Virus record (IMG/VR): IMGVR_UViG_3300044712_002668
Location: 186,001-250,000 of that record
Reading direction: 5' to 3' (one strand)
Length of the DNA: 64,000 bases
Both the position numbers and the translations under genes were made by a program. The stretch's first letter is position 1. Each line of letters begins with the position of its first letter. The notes below the pieces were generated by a model, which was given only the letters and a program-made list of their open reading frames with translations, was not told where the DNA came from and did no database searches. Shown piece after piece: positions 8,986-16,774 of the stretch.

Positions 8986-9189
8986 TTATATGTCTAAAAT
9001 ATTTTCGGCTATTCTAAGCCAAACATGTTTGTCGTATGCTTCATCAAAACTACCAGCATCAAATGGTTCCAACATTGATGGTGTTTTATCATTATCTTCG
9101 TCTATATGAGCGTCTCTTACTCCACGCATATAAAATTCACGAAGCTTCTCTGCAAACGCGGTTATTATAGCTTGTTTTACGGTTCTCAT
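8986..9189 (-). CDS. hypothetical protein
   Basis: 67-aa ORF with GAGGAG RBS. Confidence 0.6.
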   Translation of the reverse strand: MRTVKQAIITAFAEKLREFYMRGVRDAHIDEDNDKTPSMLEPFDAGSFDEAYDKHVWLRIAENILDI

Positions 9190-9370
9190 TTTGACTCCTC
9201 ACTTCATGTGGGGAGATGCTAGTGAACCTTACTAAGTATCAAAGCAGCTCCGATCTGCCTATTTTAATAATGAATTATTGATATAATAGTGGAGCCTACC
9301 GGATGTAATGCGTTTTGTATTATTATATTAGTATGTAGGTAAGCGCTTTTGCGCAAATCGAGGAGGCTAC

Positions 9371-9862
9371 ATGCTTAGAAACTGTTTGTTTTGTGATGTA
9401 GAATTTAATGCTAATGAAAAAGAGGTTAGAAGAGGTAATGGAAAGTTTTGCACTCTTAGTTGTTCTAGCAAGTTTTATAGCAGGGAAAGATCTTTGAAGA
9501 AGATTCCAAATGTAGAATGTGCTCTATGCAAAAAAAAGTTTTATAAATCAAAATCAGATTTTGCTTTATCTAAAAGTGGTCTATTTTTCTGTTGCAGAAA
9601 ACATAAAGATCAAGCTCAAAGAATTGGTGGTATTCGTGCCATTATGCCAGATCACTATGGTACCAGTTTGAAAAAATACAGACAGTTAGCTTTATCTGTA
9701 AAAGACACAAAATGTGAACGATGTGGATATGAACAAAATCCAGCGGCAATAGTTATTCATCATATTGATAAAAATAGAGATAACAATTCTATCGATAATC
9801 TTGAAGTTTTATGTTCTAATTGTCATGCTATAGAGCATTGGGATAGAGCTTGTGGAGAATAG
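9371..9862 (+). CDS. HNH homing endonuclease with N-terminal Cys-rich zinc-binding repeats
   Basis: CERC...IHHIDKNRDNNSIDNLEVLCSNCHAIEH; GAGGAGG RBS; opposite orientation to flanking tRNAs. Confidence 0.9.
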   Translation: MLRNCLFCDVEFNANEKEVRRGNGKFCTLSCSSKFYSRERSLKKIPNVECALCKKKFYKSKSDFALSKSGLFFCCRKHKDQAQRIGGIRAIMPDHYGTSLKKYRQLALSVKDTKCERCGYEQNPAAIVIHHIDKNRDNNSIDNLEVLCSNCHAIEHWDRACGE

Positions 9863-9924
9863 GGGTAACGCTCCCCTTTATCTGCATTGCAAATGCAGCG
9901 TAATACCTTGTATACTAATTCCCC
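9853..9924 (-). tRNA. tRNA-Ala(TGC)
   Basis: GGGGAAT/ATTCTCC (G3:U70), CTGCA-TTTGCAA-TGCAG; atypical T loop AGCGTTA. Confidence 0.88.
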
Positions 9925-9925
9925 G

Positions 9926-9998
9926 TCGAGCCGGGTGGAATTGAACCACCTACGTCCAAGTTATCAGCCTGGCATTCTAACCGGTGAATTACGGCTCG
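9926..9998 (-). tRNA. tRNA-Ile(GAT)
   Basis: CGAGCCG/CGGCTCG acceptor, CCAGG-CTGATAA-CTTGG. Confidence 0.88.
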
Positions 9999-10015
9999 GG
10001 TGTATTGACTATGCT

Positions 10016-10044
10016 AACATATTGGTATATATCAGCATAGTCAA
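10016..10044 (-). promoter_or_regulatory. sigma70-like promoter for tRNA-Ile/Ala
   Basis: TTGACT-N17-TATGTT, inside an 11-bp inverted repeat. Confidence 0.55.
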
Positions 10045-10048
10045 GGTT

Positions 10049-11284
10049 TTATTTTAATAATTCTTTTAGCCTGTCTTTTTTCAATGACAAAAGGTGATCA
10101 ATCAATTTTTCATTATCTAAACGGTCTTTTACTATGTCACGTGCAATTGTTCTCTTTTTTGCCGTCTTGGCATTCTTTGCAAAATCCAAAGCTGTATCCA
10201 ATTCACATTTTGCAATTGCTATTTTGTATACAGATGGGGATTTGTCTTTCAAAAAGACACCTATTTTATTTACCGGATATTTTGCAACAACTCTTTTTCT
10301 GATTTCTACAGATTTTGAGTTTATAAATAAATCAAGTTTTTCTTCTGGGATGAAATCAATAATATCAAAAACGCCCCAATAGTTAGAAGATATATCATCT
10401 TTCAGATAAACTACCAACTCATCTGCCAATGATGAAATGGTTTCTTTAGAAAGTTTTGATAGTATATCTTTTTTATTATATTGAGATATAATAATCCTTA
10501 ATAATTCTTGTGGTGTTTTATCAATACACGCCACATCCATTCTTATCTTGCTTACCCAATTCTTAGTTACATCTGATTCATCTTTGATCATTTCAACAAT
10601 TTCATTTGCTGAAAACTCACCAGAAGCTATTCTTAACAGATAATTTTTGGGCGCTTTATCAGCTACAATTGCTTGTACTGGAATGTGTAGAATCTCTATT
10701 TCTTTATCTGAAAATTCACGAGCATATGAGTCTTTTTCATCATACACATCAAACTTAAAAAGACCCTGGCGTAATATTGCGTACTTTGTTGATTTTAGAA
10801 TTGGCTTCTTTGTTATCAGAATATAAAAATTGTTTCCACGTGAAACGTAATCTTCATAATAATGACTATCTTTCATGGTTGTACACCATCTGGTGTTTGA
10901 ACCATAGATTATCATAGAGTTTTTATTATCAACTCTGATAACCTTTACATTCTCATCTTCAAATATTAATTTTGAACCTTCTTCTTTAATCTCTTTTTGT
11001 TTTTGCCTATGAGAAGGTTCTAATTCTTTTATAATATTTTCTAAATCTTTTAGATCTTTATATTGATTTATATCTTTCTTTTCAAATCTACTATTGTGTT
11101 CATGAAAGAAAGATACTGTAGCACTTATATCTTCTGGAGAATGTTTTTTGGCTAGCTGTTTAGCGATCCATAGTAAGTATTTATTTTTACCATTACTTGG
11201 ATCCTGTATAGTCAGAGCTGTGTCAATTTGATCTGGGTATTTTTTTGAAACAGTATCTATTCTTGACATATATGAAACTTTCAC
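10049..11284 (-). CDS. hypothetical phage protein (G.NTRWC motif; paralog of 37775..39067)
   Basis: KYLLWIAK, KKDINQY and IYGSNTRWCTT are shared with the 37775 ORF. Confidence 0.65.
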   Translation of the reverse strand: MKVSYMSRIDTVSKKYPDQIDTALTIQDPSNGKNKYLLWIAKQLAKKHSPEDISATVSFFHEHNSRFEKKDINQYKDLKDLENIIKELEPSHRQKQKEIKEEGSKLIFEDENVKVIRVDNKNSMIIYGSNTRWCTTMKDSHYYEDYVSRGNNFYILITKKPILKSTKYAILRQGLFKFDVYDEKDSYAREFSDKEIEILHIPVQAIVADKAPKNYLLRIASGEFSANEIVEMIKDESDVTKNWVSKIRMDVACIDKTPQELLRIIISQYNKKDILSKLSKETISSLADELVVYLKDDISSNYWGVFDIIDFIPEEKLDLFINSKSVEIRKRVVAKYPVNKIGVFLKDKSPSVYKIAIAKCELDTALDFAKNAKTAKKRTIARDIVKDRLDNEKLIDHLLSLKKDRLKELLK

Positions 11285-11628
11285 CTATGAGCGGTAGTTC
11301 TTACCGGGTTATACATCATAAGTTTGGTTATGGAGAACTTGAAGTTATCGAAGTCCTCGACAGGAGAAATTGCCTTTACATTATAGGTATTAATACAAAC
11401 CTCATATGTAATAGCCATAGCTTTTGATCCGTTTTGCGCATCCTCTTCTACAGCAATGCATTGAAGAATAAGCAAATCATCATCGTATGATGTTATCTGT
11501 CCACGCATGAATGTAAGCTTTGTTTTTTCTTCTTCTGCGTAAAATCTATTTCCTTTATTGTCCCCAAAATAAATATCTACCCATTGTCCAAGATATTTGG
11601 CTCCAACAACCTGTGCGAAATTTGACAT
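11281..11628 (-). CDS. hypothetical protein
   Basis: 115-aa ORF with AGGAG RBS. Confidence 0.6.
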   Translation of the reverse strand: MSNFAQVVGAKYLGQWVDIYFGDNKGNRFYAEEEKTKLTFMRGQITSYDDDLLILQCIAVEEDAQNGSKAMAITYEVCINTYNVKAISPVEDFDNFKFSITKLMMYNPVRTTAHR

Positions 11629-11655
11629 ATTATCTCCTGATGATACAATATCTAG

Positions 11656-11958
11656 CTATTCACATACTCTTGTGTGGTAGCTATTTTTTTTATATATCAT
11701 TTTTTGAACTGCATCTGGCATGATACCAGAGTGTTGCTCCATTATCGCATCATCACGCCAATATACCGAGACAAATATAAGTCCAGGTTCATTTAAAAAA
11801 TGATTATTTTTAGCCCACTCTGTGACAAATTTATTATCAAGTTTTGCAATTTCGATTGGTACTTTCAATGATGTTATGTACCATCCCCCACCCTCTTCAC
11901 ATACTATAAAATCTATTTTGCCATAACTACACATACATACATATGAAAATATTACCAC
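11656..11958 (-). CDS. hypothetical protein
   Basis: 100-aa ORF in operon. Confidence 0.5.
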   Translation of the reverse strand: MVIFSYVCMCSYGKIDFIVCEEGGGWYITSLKVPIEIAKLDNKFVTEWAKNNHFLNEPGLIFVSVYWRDDAIMEQHSGIMPDAVQKMIYKKNSYHTRVCE

Positions 11959-12293
11959 TCTATTTTTATGTATGGAGTTCCAAAAAACCAGATATTTCCA
12001 TCAGTTTGATGTTCTTCTGTAGAGCGTTCATTAATTCTTTTTTGAAAAGAACACTCATATCCATATGAATTTAATTCTTTTTTCAATTCTCCGTATACTA
12101 TCTGTGTTTCTTCTAATGTTTTATATTGTAGTAATTCGTGTCTATAACATGAATTTCCACTCAAAGCTTCTTTGTATATCTTATAAGCTATTATATTGAG
12201 AATATTATGTATAGCATATTGGAGTGGACTTTCAGATGATTTTCTATTTTTTGATTCATTAGTTATGTCACGAATTAATCCAGTACTAAGCAT
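11952..12293 (-). CDS. hypothetical protein
   Basis: 113-aa ORF, GAGG RBS. Confidence 0.55.
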   Translation of the reverse strand: MLSTGLIRDITNESKNRKSSESPLQYAIHNILNIIAYKIYKEALSGNSCYRHELLQYKTLEETQIVYGELKKELNSYGYECSFQKRINERSTEEHQTDGNIWFFGTPYIKIEW

Positions 12294-12308
12294 AATATCC
12301 TCATTTAG

Positions 12309-12345
12309 TATCCCAAGTAGGATTTGAACCTACAACCTCAGCTTT
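12309..12345 (-). pseudogene. 3' half (positions 37-73) of a split tRNA-Arg-like gene
   Basis: AA-AGCTG-AGGTT-GTAGG-TTCAAAT-CCTAC-TTGGGAT-A pairs with the 5' half at 12961-12995. Confidence 0.85.
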
Positions 12346-12356
12346 GATTTTGGTTG

Positions 12357-12430
12357 TACGCCTAGTAGGGCTCGAACCTACAACCATTGCGTTAGGACCG
12401 CAATACTCTATCCAATTGAGCTATAGGCGT
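12357..12430 (-). tRNA. tRNA-Arg(CCT)
   Basis: ACGCCTA/TAGGCGT acceptor, TTGCG-GTCCTAA-CGCAA, A20. Confidence 0.88.
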
Positions 12431-12431
12431 A

Positions 12432-12941
12432 TTATATTTGATCTAGTTTTATTAAACCATGATCTAATTCCCAATGACAGTTTCTACAAAGCGGAATTTG
12501 ATTTGATGGATCATTTACCGTTTCCAATAATGTGTTGTCAGGATATTCGTGTAATGGTATTTTATGTGCTAATTCAACATGAATAGAATATCCGCATTTT
12601 TTACATGGCATCTTTGTCATGTTTTTATTCCAGTAACGGTTCAAAGACCTGATCTCGTGATGTAACCAAGATGTATGCCTTCCTTTCTTTTTCTCTTTTT
12701 CTCTAAGTTCTCCGATTGTTTTTTGTTTTGTTGAATATTTTTCACGGCACGTTGCACATGTTTTTGCCCTAACAAAAAGTTCTTTACCACAATGTGTACA
12801 AAAACCTCTTGACTTTTTTAATCTTTTCGGAAACAGTTTGTTATTGTATCGTGCTGCGCAAGATTTTGAACAAAAAACAGGGTTATTTGTTGTTGTATCG
12901 CACTGTTTACACTTTATCAATATCTCATCTGATAATGCCAT
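12432..12941 (-). CDS. HNH homing endonuclease
   Basis: FCSKSCAA zinc repeat; CKKC...ELAHKIP...NQIPLCRNCHWELD. Confidence 0.88.
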   Translation of the reverse strand: MALSDEILIKCKQCDTTTNNPVFCSKSCAARYNNKLFPKRLKKSRGFCTHCGKELFVRAKTCATCREKYSTKQKTIGELREKEKKKGRHTSWLHHEIRSLNRYWNKNMTKMPCKKCGYSIHVELAHKIPLHEYPDNTLLETVNDPSNQIPLCRNCHWELDHGLIKLDQI

Positions 12942-12960
12942 TGCTAGGTCTCTGTTTGTG

Positions 12961-12995
12961 GGAAAGCTGCACTCTATCCGTTGAGTTATTGGGAC
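12961..12995 (-). pseudogene. 5' half (positions 1-35) of a split tRNA-Arg-like gene
   Basis: GTCCCAA-TA-ACTC-AACGGATA-GAGT-G-CAGCT-TT-CC. Confidence 0.85.
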
Positions 12996-13023
12996 ATGAT
13001 TCCCTTTCTATTACCGTTTGTGG

Positions 13024-13155
13024 TCAAGCAGCAATAGAAAGGGAATCATTTTTCCAAGCGTTGTTTCTTGGACGATCTTTTCTTCCTTTTCCTTTTTCAG
13101 GTTTTACCGTTCTATCCCTCAGCCTTGAAGGATCATTCTCCTGAAAGTAGGTCAT
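13024..13155 (-). CDS. ArfA-like small basic protein (not in the supplied ORF track)
   Basis: MTYFQENDPSRLRDRTVKPEKGKGRKDRPRNNAWKNDSLSIAA resembles the ArfA core FRQRVEKNKKGKGSY.RK. Confidence 0.5.
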   Translation of the reverse strand: MTYFQENDPSRLRDRTVKPEKGKGRKDRPRNNAWKNDSLSIAA

Positions 13156-13162
13156 GATTTTG

Positions 13163-13381
13163 TTACGTTTTTTTGTCATTGTTCTTTTCCTCCATATCTA
13201 AAACTTCCCAGTAAGCCTCATCAGTATCCCAATATTTACATTCTTTTACGGTATCAAATAAAGCCGCTTTCTTAATTGTTTTTCCTTCTGGATGTACCCA
13301 TCCATGATACTCATACCTCCAACCATAATGCACAAGCATTGATACTTTATATGCATCCATAAACCCCATTACATTTATCAT
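13163..13381 (-). CDS. hypothetical protein
   Basis: 72-aa ORF overlapping the AAA stop. Confidence 0.55.
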   Translation of the reverse strand: MINVMGFMDAYKVSMLVHYGWRYEYHGWVHPEGKTIKKAALFDTVKECKYWDTDEAYWEVLDMEEKNNDKKT

Positions 13382-14709
13382 ACATACTCCTTATCATTAA
13401 AGGACATTGTTGCTTCATATTTTTCTTTTAAGTTTTCAATTTGTTTCAATTGATCAAAATATTCCTTAGCCGTTATTCTCATAAGTCTAATACACAGGTC
13501 CTTTAAATCAGCACCTGTTAATTCATCTGATCTTTCTATACACAAATTGAAATCTTCATCTGATAATGTAATATTGAATTTCTTTAAGTATTCTTTTAAT
13601 ATTATAGTTCTATCTTCTTTGTTTGGTGGTGGAATTTCGATTATCTGATCTATCCTACCTTTTCTTATTATAGCATCATCTTTCAAGATTCCATTGAAAG
13701 TGTTAGCTGTGAATAATAAGGTTGTTTGTGGACAGATTTCTTTTATTTCTTCAAGCATTACAAGAGTATCTCGAATAATTGTACTTGAAGATAAACCTCT
13801 ATCACAATCTTCAAAAACAATAAAGTCAGGGTTCAATAAAGAAAAGGTTGTTTTAAGGTTGTCTATTGATGAGTTTGAAAAACCTGAAACCAAACAAGAT
13901 TTTCCACCAATCTTTTTAATAAACTCTCTTATGATTGATGTTTTACCAGTTCCCGGTTTACCGATTAATAAATATGTTCGCGATATATTATTGTTTTTAT
14001 AAAACAAATGATTATCACATAGGGTATTAACGATTTCTAATGAAGATCCAAACAGGTCTTTGTCATTTAGTTTTGTTTGGGGACATTTAATACCAGTTTC
14101 AGAATCTTCCTCTTCAACATATGAAGAAGGATGGGAAAACTCTAAAGATATTGAGTTATTCCATTTTGACCATAAGAAATTTACTAAGTATTCTTGTGTA
14201 ATATTGTTACTTATTGCAATGAACCTTGAGTTACCTTCAAAGGTTTTGCTTTCATATAAAAAACCGTCCCCAATAGGATAGCTTGTAATAGATCCGATAG
14301 CACTCCATCTTCTACGATCTGATTTATAGACCTCGCAAGGTTCTATTCCCAAATCAGATATAAGTGACATAATGATATTGCTAGCACCTTTTAATTCCAA
14401 AGGATTTGAATGTGGAAGAGCTTTATCAATCTGTTTTAATGGGGAGGCCACAGAACTCCAGATAGAATACATATATGCCGACATCCTGAACAGTTTAACA
14501 GGAGCAGAATCTTCTGAAGTTGGTAATTGATGAACGTGTTCTGATAAAGCATCAACAAGTGATAATAAAGGTAATACTGCGTTTTGATGTCTGAATATAG
14601 AATATTTATTGAATATTTTTGATAAAGAAAAACCAATAAGATCTTTGTTATTATCTGTTTTTTGCATTGAATATCTTCTTAGTTTTTTGTAAAATTTTCT
14701 GAAAGACAC
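13378..14709 (-). CDS. AAA+ ATPase (BCS1-like)
   Basis: Walker A GKPGTGKT, Walker B FEDCD, SRH TAN...DDAIIRKGRIDQIIE. Confidence 0.9.
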   Translation of the reverse strand: MSFRKFYKKLRRYSMQKTDNNKDLIGFSLSKIFNKYSIFRHQNAVLPLLSLVDALSEHVHQLPTSEDSAPVKLFRMSAYMYSIWSSVASPLKQIDKALPHSNPLELKGASNIIMSLISDLGIEPCEVYKSDRRRWSAIGSITSYPIGDGFLYESKTFEGNSRFIAISNNITQEYLVNFLWSKWNNSISLEFSHPSSYVEEEDSETGIKCPQTKLNDKDLFGSSLEIVNTLCDNHLFYKNNNISRTYLLIGKPGTGKTSIIREFIKKIGGKSCLVSGFSNSSIDNLKTTFSLLNPDFIVFEDCDRGLSSSTIIRDTLVMLEEIKEICPQTTLLFTANTFNGILKDDAIIRKGRIDQIIEIPPPNKEDRTIILKEYLKKFNITLSDEDFNLCIERSDELTGADLKDLCIRLMRITAKEYFDQLKQIENLKEKYEATMSFNDKEYV

Positions 14710-14745
14710 ATTTACTATGGGGTATGAGGCTCAAGGCTCGACGGC

Positions 14746-14775
14746 AAAAAAAAAGCTGGGCATAATGCCCAGCTT
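14746..14775 (-). terminator. rho-independent terminator
   Basis: AAGCTGGGC-ATTAT-GCCCAGCTT plus a T run. Confidence 0.8.
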
Positions 14776-14798
14776 TCATACGGAAACCGTGTAGTTTA

Positions 14799-15212
14799 CT
14801 ACTTGGTAGATTTCTTTAGTTCCCTATAAGGCTGAATGCTCTTAGCTCCAGACAGCCATTGTGGAACACCAATGTCCAAACCACTTGTCTCTGGGTTTTT
14901 ACTTAATCTTTCAAAGGCATCAGTGATTACCTTTGTGTAGCTTGGTTTGTCTTTATATGATATGACAACCTTTTGCTTTACACGGTCTGAACTTGCTCTG
15001 GAATCGCAAATCCTTCTTGCTACTATCCTACTGAAACTATCAGTTGGGGAGCAAAAAGAATACGTGATTGTATACTTACAATTTTTTGTAACCTCTTTCG
15101 GAGGTCTGGCAATTCTCAAACAGACAAATCCGGTGCCAATCTTAGTAGTTACTTTGAAATATGAATAAACGGTATCCATGTCTTTTTTTTCCATTATGAT
15201 GCCCTCGTTCAA
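14799..15212 (-). CDS. hypothetical protein
   Basis: about 130-aa basic ORF. Confidence 0.55.
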   Translation of the reverse strand: MNEGIIMEKKDMDTVYSYFKVTTKIGTGFVCLRIARPPKEVTKNCKYTITYSFCSPTDSFSRIVARRICDSRASSDRVKQKVVISYKDKPSYTKVITDAFERLSKNPETSGLDIGVPQWLSGAKSIQPYRELKKSTK

Positions 15213-15216
15213 AAAG

Positions 15217-15289
15217 TGGGACCGGTGGGGCTCGAACCCACGACTAAAGGATTAAAAATCCTCTACTCTACCGACTGAGTTACGATCCC
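15217..15289 (-). tRNA. tRNA-Lys(TTT)
   Basis: GGGATCG/CGGTCCC, GAGGA-TTTTTAA-TCCTT. Confidence 0.92.
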
Positions 15290-15297
15290 GAAATTGT

Positions 15298-15666
15298 CTA
15301 CTTTCCAGTGTAAGTTGCTATGTGTCGTTCAAAAACGTGACTCCATCCCCATTCATCCAAAACATATTGGCTGAACTGTTTTTCTGTAATGGTAATGGTA
15401 TCGGCTTGGCTCATTTCAAGCATTCTGATTACTCTATCGTAATCTTTAGTATAATTACAAGGAGTTTCCAGATCGATTACTGTTTTTATTGACGCTCCTT
15501 CCCGAGCATCTTTTAACATCTTCTCAAGATGTTCAATAACAGCAACACGATATCCAGTTTGCGCTTTCATGAAAGCTTCATGATGAGCTTCACGATTCTT
15601 TCTGATAGCTTCCAGCAATTCATCTTTTTTTACTGTTACTTTGCTGGTTCCAAAATCATCTAACAT
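15298..15666 (-). CDS. hypothetical protein
   Basis: 122-aa ORF between tRNAs. Confidence 0.65.
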   Translation of the reverse strand: MLDDFGTSKVTVKKDELLEAIRKNREAHHEAFMKAQTGYRVAVIEHLEKMLKDAREGASIKTVIDLETPCNYTKDYDRVIRMLEMSQADTITITEKQFSQYVLDEWGWSHVFERHIATYTGK

Positions 15667-15687
15667 ATATTTATCTTTCGTATTGGG

Positions 15688-15759
15688 TGCGGAGTGGCTG
15701 ACTTGAACAGCCGACCTATTCCTTGTAAGGGAATCACTCTACCACTGAGTTAACCCCGC
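15688..15759 (-). tRNA. tRNA-Val(TAC)
   Basis: ATTCC-CTTACAA-GGAAT. Confidence 0.9.
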
Positions 15760-15767
15760 GTCTAGTG

Positions 15768-15848
15768 TGAAGTTAAAGAGATTCGAACTCCCACGCCTTT
15801 CGGCAACAGGGCCTAAGCCTGTCGTGTCTGCCATTCCACCATAACTTC
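15768..15848 (-). tRNA. tRNA-Leu(TAG)
   Basis: ACAGG-CTTAGGC-CCTGT, long variable arm. Confidence 0.9.
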
Positions 15849-15849
15849 G

Positions 15850-15933
15850 TGCGCAAGGAGGGACTTGAACCCCCACGCTTTTTGAGCAGCAGATTTTGAG
15901 TCTGCCGTGTCTGCCGAATTCCACCACTTGCGC
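15850..15933 (-). tRNA. tRNA-Leu(CAA)
   Basis: GCAGA-CTCAAAA-TCTGC, long variable arm. Confidence 0.92.
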
Positions 15934-16049
15934 ATTCGTTTATCAACAATTATCAAACATGAGTTTGGTATTTAATAACTGTTATAAACAACTGAGAGCG
16001 TACATAAGATTGTTTGCCAAACCAATACAACTCATTTCTTGCTTTCTCA

Positions 16050-16134
16050 TGGTAGCCCCTCCCGGACTCGAACCGGGATGCCCGAAGGCGACGGATTTTA
16101 AATCCGTTGCGTCTGCCAATTTCGCCAAGAGGCC
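16050..16134 (-). tRNA. tRNA-Leu(TAA)
   Basis: ACGGA-TTTAAAA-TCCGT, encoded CCA. Confidence 0.92.
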
Positions 16135-16143
16135 ATATAAACG

Positions 16144-16215
16144 TGACCCCAACGGGACTTGAACCCGTACTCCAGCCTTGAAAGGGCCGTCACCTAACCA
16201 TTAGTGGATGGGGCC
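16144..16215 (-). tRNA. tRNA-Glu(TTC)
   Basis: CGGCC-CTTTCAA-GGCTG. Confidence 0.9.
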
Positions 16216-16219
16216 AAAA

Positions 16220-16369
16220 AAGCAACGAAAATGGTGAGACCCTACATGCCTTTCGGCTCCGTCGTGTCTGCCAATTTCACCATACCTCTCTTGCGAGAGA
16301 TAGCGGGACTCGAACCCGCACATCTTTTGGATAACAGTTTTGCAGATGAAAGATCTCAGTCGCGTTGTT
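16220..16369 (-). ncRNA. scaffold RNA copy 1 carrying a circularly permuted class-II tRNA(GCA)
   Basis: P1-GCG-P2-UUUCA|UC scaffold; cargo 16259-16346 is 3' half, GCAA loop, then 5' half. Confidence 0.8.
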
Positions 16370-16372
16370 TAG

Positions 16373-16443
16373 TTGGGGAACTAGGATTCGAACCTAGATA
16401 ACAAGCACCAAAAACTCGTGTCCTGCCATTGGACGATTCCCCA
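16373..16443 (-). tRNA. tRNA-Gln(TTG)
   Basis: TGGGGAA/TTCCCCA, CGAGT-TTTTGGT-GCTTG. Confidence 0.88.
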
Positions 16444-16463
16444 ATATTCAATTATCAAATAAC

Positions 16464-16537
16464 GGAGCCGAAAGTGAGATTTGAACTCACGACCACCAGT
16501 TTACAAAACTGATGCTCTACCGCTGAGCTATTTCGGC
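16464..16537 (-). tRNA. tRNA-Thr(TGT)
   Basis: GCCGAAA/TTTCGGC, TCAGT-TTTGTAA-ACTGG. Confidence 0.92.
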
Positions 16538-16548
16538 AAGGAATCTGT

Positions 16549-16578
16549 ATATTACAATACAGATCCAAAACTTGTCAA
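16549..16578 (-). promoter_or_regulatory. sigma70-like promoter of the 15.2-16.5 kb tRNA block
   Basis: TTGACA-N18-TAATAT with an overlapping palindrome ATCTGTAT...ATACAGAT. Confidence 0.55.
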
Positions 16579-16774
16579 GTATATATCAAATTATTGATAT
16601 TTTTGACCTTTAATCTTCTTTTTGAGAAATCTTTTTACTTTAGCAGCCGCTTGATTCACTGCTTCATTTATAGCAACATTAATTGCTATCTTAACTGCTG
16701 TTTTTACAATTGTTCCTATCATGTCAATCTCCTATGGACCCGCATCCTAGCACTAACCCCAGGGATTGCAAGCC

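Noticed and set aside
9190-9265. Riboswitch upstream of 8986..9189
   Set aside because: Hairpins are present and one sequesters the RBS, but no known aptamer consensus was recognisable and support is too thin to call.
12346-12960. Group I intron in tRNA-Arg(CCU)
   Set aside because: The insert is fully accounted for by the HNH ORF and an intact tRNA. There is no U at the 5' junction, no terminal G and no ribozyme core.
15739-16401. Short ORFs overlapping tRNA genes (also 12344..12586, 25920..26126, 26572..26829, 28922..29215)
   Set aside because: They are chance reading frames through tRNA or scaffold sequence.
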